Counted from the first letter of the stretch, positions 10,248 through 21,034 are shown. The stretch is DNA of 64,000 nt from Desulfobacterales bacterium (GCA_963674755.2 CAXXVS010000003.1:704001-768000), one strand, 5' to 3'. Notes: generated by a model from the sequence alone, not told the origin. Numbers and translations are program-made.

Positions 10248-11123
10248 ATGGTCCAGGATATTCGCGATAAGCCCGCCATCGGTCACGAGGATGTGGTGGG
10301 GCTCAATTTCATCCGGGCGGAGAGCCCCTATCTTTTTCGGCGCCATTTCCGGCAGGGGCTCCGGTCCCATATCATGGAGATCCTGCAGCGATCGGACGTG
10401 GCCGCCGAGAATGGGGGCATCGTGGTGGACGGGGTCCGCCGGTTTCCCCGGGCCCGGCCCGATTTCATGCTGCGCATCTTCCGGGCCCGGCTGCAAACCC
10501 TGGAACAGGCCCTGGCGGAGATCGGACGGGTCAAGGTGGTGGAGACCTTTCTGGGGCCGGACTGCATCGCCGAATCCTGTGAATTCCTGGTGGATTATCG
10601 GGGACCCGCGGGATGCGGCATCATGCTGTGTGGTTTCCAGGCCTACACCGAAGGCGAGATATTGGATCCGTGGGGTTTGCTGGACCACGGCCCGTTGTTT
10701 CCAACCCTGTACCAAAGCCTTCACAAGGCCGGCGAGCGTTCCGGGGCCCATCGGCGAGACTGGATCCGCACCGCGCAAGGCAAGGGGCGGCACTTTATTC
10801 AGGCGGTCAAGCGGATGATCGCCGAGGTTCGCCATGTCCCGGATCTGGCCGGTGCCGGCAACATCGTGATGACCAAAGCCGGTCAGGTCAAACTCGTGGA
10901 TATCAACAATATCTCTCCGGTGGTCTTTGGTGACGAAATTTTCCTGGACGACAAGGGCTACCCGGTGTGCGACAAGTCCATCGAAGCCCTTGCATTGCTG
11001 GAGCAGAAAGTCACCGGGCAAGCCACCGCCGGGGACGAGGAGCCTTACCGCTTTTTTCTCGCGCCCGAACGCCGGCGGCGGGTGAAGCACCAGGAGGAAT
11101 TGTTCTACCGCCCGGATTCCTGA
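10248..11123 (+). CDS. hypothetical protein, possible atypical protein-kinase-like fold
   Basis: Long ORF with RBS GAGAGGGG; HVPDLAGAGNIVMT...VKLVDINN resembles kinase catalytic-loop and DFG positions. Confidence 0.6.
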   Translation: MVQDIRDKPAIGHEDVVGLNFIRAESPYLFRRHFRQGLRSHIMEILQRSDVAAENGGIVVDGVRRFPRARPDFMLRIFRARLQTLEQALAEIGRVKVVETFLGPDCIAESCEFLVDYRGPAGCGIMLCGFQAYTEGEILDPWGLLDHGPLFPTLYQSLHKAGERSGAHRRDWIRTAQGKGRHFIQAVKRMIAEVRHVPDLAGAGNIVMTKAGQVKLVDINNISPVVFGDEIFLDDKGYPVCDKSIEALALLEQKVTGQATAGDEEPYRFFLAPERRRRVKHQEELFYRPDS

Positions 11124-11333
11124 CGCGTTTGAACCCCCCCCGGTATCGTCGCCTCCGCTTTACGCCATGCCATCGCGGCCGCGTTTTGCGCCGGCCGCCC
11201 CCCGGCCGCCCGGCCGTTTGGCCTGACAGGATTTGACAGGAGGGCTGACGGAAAGTGTCAGTATTTCGACGGGGTTGGCTCTATCACAATCTTAACTTAT
11301 CGGAATAAAAACAAATTTCTTTTTGGCAACCTG

Positions 11334-11348
11334 TGGCATGGAAGTTGT
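11334..11348 (+). promoter_or_regulatory. possible sigma-54 (-24/-12) promoter
   Basis: TGGCATGGAAGTTGT versus consensus TGGCACGNNNNTTGC, after an AT-rich tract, upstream of the protease gene; -12 element is imperfect. Confidence 0.35.
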
Positions 11349-11531
11349 ATCAGTTTCCCCCGGGCATCTCCTTGGCATGCAATTCAATCTGTTTCACCCC
11401 TGACACAACAATCAAACGTGTGCACGATCCGATCGAAGAGGCCCGACCCCGGAACCATCCCCAGGGGTCATGACAGCTGCCGTTTTCCCGGAGGATCACG
11501 TGAATTTCCGGCCGCAAGAGGAAATGGAAAA

Positions 11532-12485
11532 ATGAAGCACCGCATTTGGCTCATCGTGTTGGCATTCACCTTCCTGGGCGCAGGCGCTAGCGGCGCCGAA
11601 ACCATCCAGCTGAAGGACCGCAACCGGATCTCGGCCCCGGTCATCAAGGAGTCCGCCGACCTTGTCTATGTGGATCTCGGTTTCGATATTCTTAAAATTC
11701 CCCGCACCGCCATCGCCAGCATCGACGCCCCCGGGGTGTCCGCCGCGCCGGCACCGCCGACCGCACCCACCGGGAGCAAAGGGCTCTATACCCTCGGCAA
11801 TCCGCAGGTATACTCCACCGTGGAGGGGGTTCAGGCCTTCGGTCCGGCTGTGGTGGTGGTCAAGTCGCCGGCCGGATTGGGGTCGGGCTTCATCGTGCAT
11901 GAGGACGGCTACCTCATCACCAATTTCCATGTGATCGAGGGGCAGAAGCATTTTACGGTAACCCAATTCGTTCAGGCGGGGGCCGAGCTCAAACGCGTCA
12001 TTCACAAAAAGATTCGCATCGTCGCCCTGGATGCCTTTCATGATCTGGCCGTGCTGCAGATCGAGGATGAGCACGAGACGCCCTTTCCGAAGGTGGTGCT
12101 CAGTCTCGATGAACCGGTCTACGGGGAGAGCATCTTCGTTATCGGCAACCCGGCCGGGCTGGAGCGCACCGTTACCGAAGGCATCCTGAGCCACACGGGA
12201 CGGCTTTTCGAAGGCAGCCTGTACCTGCAACTCGACGCCTCGGTCAATCCGGGCAATTCCGGCGGCCCGCTGTTCAACAGCCACGGCCAGGTCATCGGCG
12301 TGGTCAATATGGGCAGCCGGGTCATGCAGGGACTCAATTTCGCCATCCCGGTGCGGCATGTGACCTTTCTCCTCGATCATGTCGAAGCCTACGCCTACGA
12401 CACGAGCAATTCGGAATCCGGTTTCGTCTATGTGTCGGCGCCCCCCAACCCCCTCAAACACCAAGAAGAGGCCGCCCATGAATAA
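11532..12485 (+). CDS. secreted trypsin-like serine protease (S1C-type, no PDZ)
   Basis: Signal peptide; GSGF, TNFHV, DLAVL and NPGNSGGP catalytic-triad motifs. Confidence 0.9.
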   Translation: MKHRIWLIVLAFTFLGAGASGAETIQLKDRNRISAPVIKESADLVYVDLGFDILKIPRTAIASIDAPGVSAAPAPPTAPTGSKGLYTLGNPQVYSTVEGVQAFGPAVVVVKSPAGLGSGFIVHEDGYLITNFHVIEGQKHFTVTQFVQAGAELKRVIHKKIRIVALDAFHDLAVLQIEDEHETPFPKVVLSLDEPVYGESIFVIGNPAGLERTVTEGILSHTGRLFEGSLYLQLDASVNPGNSGGPLFNSHGQVIGVVNMGSRVMQGLNFAIPVRHVTFLLDHVEAYAYDTSNSESGFVYVSAPPNPLKHQEEAAHE

Positions 12486-14280
12486 GCTGCGACCATTTGC
12501 TGTTTCCGTTCTCACCCGACTCCTGGCAGTACTGGCGATCATATTTCTGGCGGCCTGCAGCGGGGGACCCGAGCAGGACAACCGGCCGCGCATGGCGCGT
12601 CTCGACCTTGTAACCGATGCGGATATGGTCGTGCACTGCACCGGCACCGCAGCCCTGTTGAGCGCCATTGAAACGTCTCCCCTGGGCCGTTTCTGGAGCA
12701 GTCCGGAGATGGAGGCCTTTCGCGACGGTCGGGACCTGAAGGAAGAATTGCGGCGGGCCCTGGTTGATCAGTCAGACGGGGACAATGCCGCCAAAATCCA
12801 GGAGATCTATCTGGAAGAGATAAAAATGCTGCGCGGTGAGGTCGTTCTGGGATTGGACTTCGCCGATTACGACGGGCAACCGGCCGTCACCCTCGTTGCC
12901 GCCATGAGCGAAGCGGATCACAAGCGCAGCCTCGAAATGGACACCCTTCTTTTTAAGCTGGAAGATGTGGAAACCATCAAGGCCAGCGAAGACTTCCGGG
13001 GCACGACCCTTTACACCTATATCCGCAAAGAAGACCAGGGCGATCGCTTTCTCTACCAGGCTTTTTATGAGGGCACGCTTTTGGCGTCGGAAGACCGGGG
13101 CTGGCTGGAACACGCCCTGCTGCAGTTGAAGGAAACCCCGGCCCGGGAGCCGGAGGGCTCCCCCGAGCTGACCCTGACGGCCAAGGCCGGCCTCATGGAC
13201 CGGCTGCAGTCCCTGCTGGCGGAGCGGGCGGCCGAAGAGGAATCCCCGGTGGATCCGCTGACGGTCGTCAAGAGCCTGGGGCTCGATGCGATCGGGGATG
13301 TCCGCCTGACCCTCGCCCTGCAGAAAGACCAGGCCGATATGGGGTTTCAGGTGGCACGGCGCGGCGAGTGGAACCGCGGGCTGATGGTCCTGATTCCCCC
13401 TGAGCCGGCCCCGCTGGATTTCCGCTTGGCCTACGTCCCCCGGAATGCGGCCAGCTATCAGGTGGCCCGCCTGGACCTGAATGCCTTCTGGACGCAGGTG
13501 CCGGAAATCCTGCGGCAGATCTCACCGGAATTTCAACTGCAGTTCAATATGGGCGTGAACGCGGCCGGCGGCCTGATGGACATCAATGTCAACGAAGATC
13601 TTTTCAACAATCTGGACCGGCTGATCTTCACCTATACCTGCCTCGAAGACGACCGGCAGCAATTTCTATACGGCCTGAAGGTCAAAGACAGCGATGCCAT
13701 GACGCGCACCCTGAATAAACTTTTTGCCGAGCACTCCCCCATCGTGGCGCAGCTGGGGGATTTCTACCGTCCGACCGATATCCAGGGGCATATCATTCAC
13801 ATGATCCAGTTCCCCCTGCCCGCCGTCGAGGGGGGGGTGCCGGTTTACAGCGACGTCGGTTTGACGGTCGTCGATCGGGCCCTGATCATCGGCCAGGGCG
13901 ATTTGCTGGTGGAGTATGTCCAGGCGGCCGTGAACAACCAGGGCCGGCCCGAATTTTACGAGCAGCCGGCCTTCAAGGCCATGCTGGCCCGAATTCCAGG
14001 TGATGCCTGCAGTTACGGCATGAGCGATCTGTCCGCCTACATGCGGTTTTACGTGAACCAGATGCGCACGGCCATGGTCCAGGCCGCCACCCCGGCCAGC
14101 AGTGATGGTGATGATGACCGGAAGTCCAATCCCTGGGGGGCCCTTTTTAAGGATTTCGACGTCGACAAGCTGCCGTCGGCCGAGGTCATGGCCCGCTATT
14201 TCGGGGTCAGCGATGGCTACAGCGTCATGGACACGGCCGGTTTCCGGTCCGTGATGACGATGCGCTATCCGAATCAATAG
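12478..14280 (+). CDS. large lipoprotein (DUF3352-like, tentative)
   Basis: Lipobox FLAAC; overlaps protease stop; family suggestion is by general resemblance only. Confidence 0.65.
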   Translation: MNKLRPFAVSVLTRLLAVLAIIFLAACSGGPEQDNRPRMARLDLVTDADMVVHCTGTAALLSAIETSPLGRFWSSPEMEAFRDGRDLKEELRRALVDQSDGDNAAKIQEIYLEEIKMLRGEVVLGLDFADYDGQPAVTLVAAMSEADHKRSLEMDTLLFKLEDVETIKASEDFRGTTLYTYIRKEDQGDRFLYQAFYEGTLLASEDRGWLEHALLQLKETPAREPEGSPELTLTAKAGLMDRLQSLLAERAAEEESPVDPLTVVKSLGLDAIGDVRLTLALQKDQADMGFQVARRGEWNRGLMVLIPPEPAPLDFRLAYVPRNAASYQVARLDLNAFWTQVPEILRQISPEFQLQFNMGVNAAGGLMDINVNEDLFNNLDRLIFTYTCLEDDRQQFLYGLKVKDSDAMTRTLNKLFAEHSPIVAQLGDFYRPTDIQGHIIHMIQFPLPAVEGGVPVYSDVGLTVVDRALIIGQGDLLVEYVQAAVNNQGRPEFYEQPAFKAMLARIPGDACSYGMSDLSAYMRFYVNQMRTAMVQAATPASSDGDDDRKSNPWGALFKDFDVDKLPSAEVMARYFGVSDGYSVMDTAGFRSVMTMRYPNQ

Positions 14281-14313
14281 CGGCCTTTGGAAGAGGCGGC
14301 AGCTGTTTAAGGA

Positions 14314-14510
14314 GTGCCTATCTATAAATGGTAGATTTTGGTTCCTGGTCCCGCCGCACAGCGCGGGATTTCGCATCTGATCCGTATATACATCGGTGTT
14401 CAACAAACCGCCGCCGACGGGCGCCCACAGGCATAGCCCGGCCACGCCGAGGACCGACAGGAGGTGAGAACACCGCCAGAGGCCAAAAGATGCTATTTAT
14501 GGATGGGCAC
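14314..14510 (-). repeat. 197-bp MITE/REP-like element, family A, copy 2
   Basis: Reverse-complement homologue of 5182-5378; ends gtgcctatctataaatgg / ctatttatggatgggcac. Confidence 0.85.
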
Positions 14511-14617
14511 GGAGTTCCTTGCGGGGTGAAAATACACCGAAGTGCCCCCGGGGCCAAAGCGGGTGGGGCGTGACCGTCGATGGACGGCCAATTTTACAGA
14601 CACAGGGAAAGCAATTC

Positions 14618-16831
14618 ATGCGAAACACCATTGTTGCCATACTGACCGGTTGCATCCTGCTGGTTTTTCTTCCCCCGCATGCGGATGTGCGCGCGGCCTC
14701 CCGGGCCTTCGGCTTCGGCGATCGTGAAATCTATGAATTCAAGGATGACACCTCACAGTTGCAGATTGACGACCTCAATGGGGACGGCTTCGACGATATC
14801 GTTTTCCTGAACAACCACATGTCCCGCATCGAGGTGCTGATCCGCAAACCCGACCGACCGAACGTGGCCGAGGACGGCCTGCCGGCCCTGGCAGACGCCT
14901 TCGGTTCGGCGGGTTTCCTCTTGGATCAGAAAACCGCCCAGCTGGAGGTGCTGGATCTCAACGGCGACCATCGCCCGGACATCCTGACGGCCGGAACCCA
15001 TCGCGGCCTGCGGATCTACCTTCAGGATCCCGCAGGGCGCTTCGGCAATGCCATCTCGCCCGCCGTGAAACAAACCGATCAGCTGATGGGGGTCAGGGCG
15101 GCCGATTTTGACAATGACGGGTATCCCGACATCCTGGTCGGCCGCCGCCGGTATGCCGAAATTCTGTACAACGACGGCCGCGGGCGTTTCCGGCGGCGTC
15201 TGACCATCGACTATACCGCCCCGGAGTGCGAGGGGGTGATGACCGGCGATTTCAACGGCGACGGGCGCCAGGATATCCTGCTGCGCTTTCCCGAAGAACA
15301 GCTTCCCCTGCGCCTGTTCCTGGGGCGTCCGGAGGGCGGCTTCGGCTGGGAGCATCCCCTGGAGACGCCTCCCCTGGGTACGCTGAAGCCGATTGCACTG
15401 GCCGATCAGCCGGCCGATCAGCTCCTGGCGATACTCAAAAATGGCGTGAACATTCACCACTACGAACTGGCCCGGGAGGCGTCCGGTACCCTCTGGGACG
15501 CCTCCGCGCTGGCCGCACTCCGCCTGGTGGCACCCGGCACGGGCGGCAAGATCCCCCTGTCATGGGCCGTTGCGGATTTCAACGGCGACGGCCGCAGGGA
15601 CTACGCCGTCAGCGCGCCCGAACTTTCCCGCATCATGATTTACCCGGGCGGTGATCAGGGCCTGAATCCCGTCCCCCAGGCCGTCAGCACCCTGCACCGC
15701 ATCAAATCCATGGGCGTCGACAACCGTGGCGACCTCTATGTCTTCAGCCCGGAGGAAAACGCGATTGCCTGCCATCCGGCTGGCGCCGCCACGGCCTTCC
15801 CCGGTTTCATCGATCTGGAAGGGACGCCTCTTTTGATGGCGCTTTCCCCATATAATCAGGGGGTTTTCACGATCCTCAAGCGTAAGCCCGATCGCCTGTA
15901 TTTTTGCTGGGCGGACCGCGGCGGCGAGAAGCGCACCGTGCCCCTGAAGATTCCTGCCGACCAGATCCCCGATGCCATGCGCATCTTTCCTGTTTCAAAG
16001 GGCCAGTGGGGCGTCGTATGTTTTTTCCCGTTAAAAAAGCCGCTGATGCATCTATGGAGCGGTCGCAAGCTGACGCCGGTGTCCGAAAAACAGCTACGGG
16101 CCCTGGGCGTCGGCCTGACCCCGGAAGACATCAGCCCGGTCGGCCTGCCGGATGCGCCCGGCGTTATCATCAACGAGGGCCAGGCGGCCAGGCTCTACCG
16201 CTTCAAGGCGGGGCAATTCGAGATCGAACGTCAATTCAGCTTGCCGGATGAAAACGCCGACCTGAAATTCGGCGTCATGGCCCAGGGACCCGCCGCCGCG
16301 CCGGGCTATCTGTTTTTCAACAAGCACGGCAACGAGCTCTGCTGGTTTTCCCAAGACGAGACGCAGCCTACGTTGTCCGTGGCGCTGGCCGACGACTTCC
16401 CGGAGATGGCCGGCATCGTGCCCCTGAATGAAGAAAAGGAAGAGGGCTTTTTACTGCCCGGCCGGACCGAGACCCGCTGGGTGCAGGCGGATGCGGCCCC
16501 TTACCGTCTCAAGACCATCAGCGGCTACACCAGCCGTGCGGAAAATCCCAAACTCTGGAATCTCTACCCCCTGACCCTCGGCAACCCACCCCGGCCCATG
16601 GCCGCCGCCCTGGACGCCAAAAACGCCTCGATGGAACTGATGTCGTTCCGGGAGGGGGCTCTGACGGAAGAACTCAGTTTCAAAGTCTTCCAGGGGCCGC
16701 AATTCAACCGGGATGAAAAGGGCTGGTACTACGAACCCCGGGAAGTGGCCTCCGGCGATTTGAACGCCGACGGCCTGATGGACCTGGCCATCCTGGTCCA
16801 CGACAAGCTGGTGATTCATCTGGGGGAATGA
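14618..16831 (+). CDS. secreted FG-GAP/VCBS repeat beta-propeller protein
   Basis: Signal peptide; repeated DLNGDGxxD / DFNGDGxxD Ca-binding motifs (six seen). Confidence 0.9.
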   Translation: MRNTIVAILTGCILLVFLPPHADVRAASRAFGFGDREIYEFKDDTSQLQIDDLNGDGFDDIVFLNNHMSRIEVLIRKPDRPNVAEDGLPALADAFGSAGFLLDQKTAQLEVLDLNGDHRPDILTAGTHRGLRIYLQDPAGRFGNAISPAVKQTDQLMGVRAADFDNDGYPDILVGRRRYAEILYNDGRGRFRRRLTIDYTAPECEGVMTGDFNGDGRQDILLRFPEEQLPLRLFLGRPEGGFGWEHPLETPPLGTLKPIALADQPADQLLAILKNGVNIHHYELAREASGTLWDASALAALRLVAPGTGGKIPLSWAVADFNGDGRRDYAVSAPELSRIMIYPGGDQGLNPVPQAVSTLHRIKSMGVDNRGDLYVFSPEENAIACHPAGAATAFPGFIDLEGTPLLMALSPYNQGVFTILKRKPDRLYFCWADRGGEKRTVPLKIPADQIPDAMRIFPVSKGQWGVVCFFPLKKPLMHLWSGRKLTPVSEKQLRALGVGLTPEDISPVGLPDAPGVIINEGQAARLYRFKAGQFEIERQFSLPDENADLKFGVMAQGPAAAPGYLFFNKHGNELCWFSQDETQPTLSVALADDFPEMAGIVPLNEEKEEGFLLPGRTETRWVQADAAPYRLKTISGYTSRAENPKLWNLYPLTLGNPPRPMAAALDAKNASMELMSFREGALTEELSFKVFQGPQFNRDEKGWYYEPREVASGDLNADGLMDLAILVHDKLVIHLGE

Positions 16832-16905
16832 AAGGCGTCTTCTTGCGAAGCGAATTCGCTATCGGTAGCGACGACATTAACCCACCCCCCGAATTTCTCC
16901 CATTT

Positions 16906-16958
16906 ACGGCGGCAAGCGATCCTCTTTTTCTCCTTCGCTTGCCGCCGTTTGTCTTGTT
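16906..16958 (+). terminator. probable intrinsic terminator between convergent genes
   Basis: 14-bp stem acggcggcaagcga/tcgcttgccgccgt followed by T-rich run. Confidence 0.55.
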
Positions 16959-17049
16959 CGGTTTCCATACAGACTGAATCAATATGTTCATAGGATAAAG
17001 TGCCCCAAGGGTAGAAATTCTCGTAAAATTTGGATTTTTGCGGGGATTT

Positions 17050-18153
17050 CTATTCCATGCGCCGCTTGAACAGCCACGCCGCAGCCGTCAGGGTCACCAT
17101 GGCGATGATCACCATGGGCAGGGTGTTGGAAAGCACATCGGCCAGGGGCATGTCCTTGAGGAAGACGCCCCGTACGATGATCAAAAACCAGCGCAGGGGA
17201 TTGATCAGGGTGAATTCCTGCAGCCAGGGAGGCATGTTTTCGATGGGGGTGGCGAAGCCGGACAGGATGATGGCCGGCGGCATGAAGACGAAGGCCCCCA
17301 GGATGGCCTGCTGCTGGGTCATGCAAAGGCTGCTGATGAAAAGACCGATGCCCACGATGGCGAACAGGAAAACCACCAGGGCGCCATAGAGCAGGAGCAG
17401 GGAGCCCTGGAAGGGAATCCGGAAGACGAAGATGGCGATGGCCAGCAGCAGCGAGGCCGAGCACAAAGCCAGGAAGTGGGCCGGCAGGGCCTTGCCCACC
17501 AAAATCTCGGTGGGCTGCAGGGGCGAGACCAGGAGCTGCTCGAAGGTGCCCATCTCGCGCTCCCGGGCCACGGACAGGGCGGTGAGGGTGAGACTGATCA
17601 CCGTGGCGAGGATGCAGATCAGGCTGGGCACGGTATACCACAGAAATTCCAGGTTGGGGTTGAACCAGTTGCGCGTCTCCAGGACGACCGGTTGCGGGGG
17701 TGATCCAGGGCCGCGCTCGGTCAGGTAACTTGCCAGGATGCGCTGGGCATAGCCCCGCACGATCTGGGCCGTGTTGGTCTTGCGGCCGTCCAGGAGCAGT
17801 TGCACCGCGGTGGGCCGGCCGTCGGCCAGGCGCCGGGAAAAGTCCACCGGCACGACGAGGACGGCCAGCACTTCCTGGCGGTCCAGGAGCGGCTTGATCT
17901 GGGCCTGGCCGGTCAGGGGAACGATCCGGGAGAAAGTTTGCGCTTCGTCGAAACGCTGTACCAGCTCCAGGCCCGCCTTGCCGCTGTCGAGATTCAACAC
18001 CCCCAGATGGATGTTTTTGGCCTCCATGGTCATGGCGAAGGAAAAGACGAAGATCTGGATGACAGGCGGCACCATCAGCACGGTGCGCGATTTGGGGTCC
18101 CGCAGGATATTGAGCAGTTCCTTGATGATCAGGGCTCTGAGGCGCGCCAGCAT
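17050..18153 (-). CDS. ybhR: ABC-2 type exporter permease (YbhR-like)
   Basis: IIKELLNILRDPKSR, WFNPNL, AREREMGTFEQLLVSP, LSGFATPIENMP. Confidence 0.85.
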   Translation of the reverse strand: MLARLRALIIKELLNILRDPKSRTVLMVPPVIQIFVFSFAMTMEAKNIHLGVLNLDSGKAGLELVQRFDEAQTFSRIVPLTGQAQIKPLLDRQEVLAVLVVPVDFSRRLADGRPTAVQLLLDGRKTNTAQIVRGYAQRILASYLTERGPGSPPQPVVLETRNWFNPNLEFLWYTVPSLICILATVISLTLTALSVAREREMGTFEQLLVSPLQPTEILVGKALPAHFLALCSASLLLAIAIFVFRIPFQGSLLLLYGALVVFLFAIVGIGLFISSLCMTQQQAILGAFVFMPPAIILSGFATPIENMPPWLQEFTLINPLRWFLIIVRGVFLKDMPLADVLSNTLPMVIIAMVTLTAAAWLFKRRME

Positions 18154-18161
18154 GGGGATCG

Positions 18162-19310
18162 CTACTCCAACCGTTTGGGGGTTTTTTTAAGGGTCAGGGC
18201 AAAGAGCAGGCCGCCCAGCAGCAGAAGCACCAGGATGTTGGTCCGCATCAGGGCCCAGATGTCGCCGGCTAGAAACAGGGCCCGCAGATTGGTGACAAAG
18301 TAGCGGGCCGGGATGATCTGCGCCAGCCGCCGGATGATCCAGGGCATGGAGGCGATTTCGAAGACGAACCCCGAGAGGATGAAGGCCGGCAGAAAGGCGG
18401 TTACCAGGGCGGCCTGGGAGGCCACGAACTGGTTGCGGGTGATGGTGGAAATCAGAAATCCCTGGCCGAGGGCCGCCAGGAGGAAGGCCGCCGAGGCCAG
18501 GGCCAGGGCCAACACGGAGCCCCGGAAGGGGATCCCGAAGAGGAAAATGGCCACGGCCGTGCAGATCGCCATGGAGGCCATGCCGAGTACAAAATAGGGC
18601 ACGAGCTTGCCGAAGATGATTTCCGGGGCGCTCAGGGGTGTGGCCAGCAGCGCTTCCATGGTGCCCCGCTCCCACTCCCGGGCCACCACCAGGGCGGTGA
18701 GCAGGGTGCCGATGATGGCCATGATGATGGCCAGCGAGCCGGGAACCAGGGAGTTGCGGCTGTCGAGCTCGGCATTGTAGAAGAAGCGCGCCGCCAGATC
18801 CACGGCGGGCGTGGAAACCTGCCCGGCCTGCCGCCTTTCCTGAATCAGCCAGTCGGCCAGGGTCCCTTCCGCATAGTTGGCCACATAGTTGGCCGTGTTG
18901 GTTTCGCTGCCGTCGGTGATCACCTGGATCCGGGCGGTGGCGCCCGGGGTCTGGAGGGCGCGGGAGAAATCCTGGGGGATGACCACCAGGCCGCGCAGGC
19001 GGCCGCTGACCACCTCGGCCTCCAGCGTGTGCCGGTCGAGGGCGATCCGGGTATTGAAAAAGGGGGTGGCCTGGTAGGCGGCCGCCAGGCGGCGCGCCTG
19101 CGGAGCGGTATCTTCCAGGACGACGCCCAGGCCCACCTGGCGGGCATCCAGGGAGACTCCGTAGCCGAAGAGAAAGAGCAGGATCAGCGGCAGGACGAAG
19201 GCGATCATGATGCTGCTCGGGTCGCGCACGATCTGAAGGCTTTCCTTGATGATCAGGGCTTTCACCCGCCGGGCGCGGCCGGCACGGAAATGAGGATGCG
19301 TGGGCTTCAT
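18162..19310 (-). CDS. ybhS: ABC-2 type exporter permease (YbhS-like)
   Basis: KESLQIVRDPSS, AREWERGTMEALLATP; real start ATG 19310 overlaps ATPase stop. Confidence 0.85.
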   Translation of the reverse strand: MKPTHPHFRAGRARRVKALIIKESLQIVRDPSSIMIAFVLPLILLFLFGYGVSLDARQVGLGVVLEDTAPQARRLAAAYQATPFFNTRIALDRHTLEAEVVSGRLRGLVVIPQDFSRALQTPGATARIQVITDGSETNTANYVANYAEGTLADWLIQERRQAGQVSTPAVDLAARFFYNAELDSRNSLVPGSLAIIMAIIGTLLTALVVAREWERGTMEALLATPLSAPEIIFGKLVPYFVLGMASMAICTAVAIFLFGIPFRGSVLALALASAAFLLAALGQGFLISTITRNQFVASQAALVTAFLPAFILSGFVFEIASMPWIIRRLAQIIPARYFVTNLRALFLAGDIWALMRTNILVLLLLGGLLFALTLKKTPKRLE

Positions 19311-21034
19311 GACAGGCCGTTCTCCCGGTCTTCCGAGTGTTCGATCAAAGCGATGAAAGCGTCTTCCAGGGTGGGGTCGGGTTTCTCCAGGGTGCGGGCT
19401 TCCGCCTTCAGGTGGTCCGGCGAGCCTTCGGCAATCTTGCGGCCCCGGTAGATCAGTCCGATCCGGTCGCAGTATTCGGCTTCGTCCATGAAATGGGTGG
19501 TGACCAGCACGGTCACCCCTTTTTCCACCAATCCGTTGATGTGGTTCCAGAACTCCCGCCGGGTGATGGGGTCCACCCCCGAGGTGGGCTCGTCCAGGAA
19601 AAGGACGTCCGGGCGGTGGATGACGGCGCAGGCCAGGGCCAGACGCTGCTTGAAGCCCAGGGGAAGCTCGGCGGCGGAGTGTCCCAGAAAGGGGTGCAGG
19701 TCGAACGCCGCCACCATGGCGTTGACGGCTTTTTTCTGGTCTGCGCCCCGCAGGCCATACACCCCGGAGAAGAACAGCAGGTTCTGCCATACCGTGAGAT
19801 CACCGTAGAGGGAGAACTTCTGGGCCATATAGCCCAGACGGGAACGGGCCTTGGAAGCGGCCTTGCCCAGGTGCAGCCCGACCACGAACCCTTCGCCGGC
19901 GGTGGGTTTGAGCAACCCGCACATCATCTTGAAGGTGGTGCTCTTGCCGGCCCCGTTGGGTCCCAGCAGACCGAAGATTTCCCCCCGGCGAATGGCGAAA
20001 CTGTTGTCCTCCACCGCCGTAAACGATCCGAAGCGCTTGGTCAGGCCCCGGGCTTCCACGACGGGTCCGTCGCTGTCCGGGCGGACGGGCATTTCCTGGG
20101 CCAGGGCCGAGCCGCCGCCGGGGCCGCCGCCCAGCAGATCGATAAAGGCGTCTTCGAAGCGCGGCGCCACCGGCACCACCTGTGCTCCGGTCCCGCCGCC
20201 CAGCGCTTCGGGGGTCGGCCGGGGGGCGGATTCCGCCAACAGCAGCCGCAAGGCGGCGCCCTGCACCACGCCGTCGCGGATTTCAGGGCGTTCCAGAATT
20301 TTGGCCAGCACCTGGCGCCGGTGGTCTTCGGGTATGCCCCGCAGCTGAAAGACGCGCCCTTCCACCTGGCTGGTCAATTGGTCGGGCCGTCCGGCGAACA
20401 GCAGACGGCCTTTGTTGAGCAGGAGCACGTGATCGCATTGTTCGGCCTCGTCCAGATAGGCCGTGCTCCACACGATGGTGATGTCTTCGTCCAGCATTTC
20501 ACGGACCATCCGCCACAGCTCCCGGCGGCTTAAAGGATCCACACCCACGCTGGGTTCGTCCAGCAGGAGCAGGCGGGGTTTTTTCATCAGGGCGCAGGCC
20601 AGGCCGAGTTTCTGCTTCATGCCGCCGGAAAGCTGCCGCGCCAGCCGTTTCTGGAAGGGAGCCAGGCCGGTGAAGGACAGCAGCCGTTCGAAGGTGGCCT
20701 GTCGTTCCGCACGGCGGATATGGCGTAGATCGGCATAGAGCCTCAGGTTTTCGATCACCGAGAGGTCCTCATAGAGACCGAAACGCTGGGGCATGTAGCC
20801 CATGACGGCGTGCAGGGCCTGGCCGTCCCGCACCGAATCCAGTTCGTCGTAGCTCACATGGCCCTCGGTGGGCACCAGAAGGCCGCCCATGAGACGCAGG
20901 AGGGTCGTCTTGCCGGCGCCGTCCGGTCCCACCAAACCGGTCAGGCGTCCCGGATGCAGCCGGGCCTCGATGGCATCCAGGGCCGGCCGGGACATGCCCG
21001 CAAACTGCTTGGTCATGGATGAGATGGTCAGCAT
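19307..21034 (-). CDS. ybhF: ABC exporter ATP-binding protein with two NBDs (YbhF-like)
   Basis: GPDGAGKTT/LSGGMKQK and GPNGAGKST/LPLGFKQR; two LDEP motifs. Confidence 0.9.
   Translation of the reverse strand: MLTISSMTKQFAGMSRPALDAIEARLHPGRLTGLVGPDGAGKTTLLRLMGGLLVPTEGHVSYDELDSVRDGQALHAVMGYMPQRFGLYEDLSVIENLRLYADLRHIRRAERQATFERLLSFTGLAPFQKRLARQLSGGMKQKLGLACALMKKPRLLLLDEPSVGVDPLSRRELWRMVREMLDEDITIVWSTAYLDEAEQCDHVLLLNKGRLLFAGRPDQLTSQVEGRVFQLRGIPEDHRRQVLAKILERPEIRDGVVQGAALRLLLAESAPRPTPEALGGGTGAQVVPVAPRFEDAFIDLLGGGPGGGSALAQEMPVRPDSDGPVVEARGLTKRFGSFTAVEDNSFAIRRGEIFGLLGPNGAGKSTTFKMMCGLLKPTAGEGFVVGLHLGKAASKARSRLGYMAQKFSLYGDLTVWQNLLFFSGVYGLRGADQKKAVNAMVAAFDLHPFLGHSAAELPLGFKQRLALACAVIHRPDVLFLDEPTSGVDPITRREFWNHINGLVEKGVTVLVTTHFMDEAEYCDRIGLIYRGRKIAEGSPDHLKAEARTLEKPDPTLEDAFIALIEHSEDRENGLS

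Noticed and set aside
18162..19790. 542-aa version of the permease
   Set aside because: The N-terminal extension overlaps the ATPase gene; the real start is ATG 19310.
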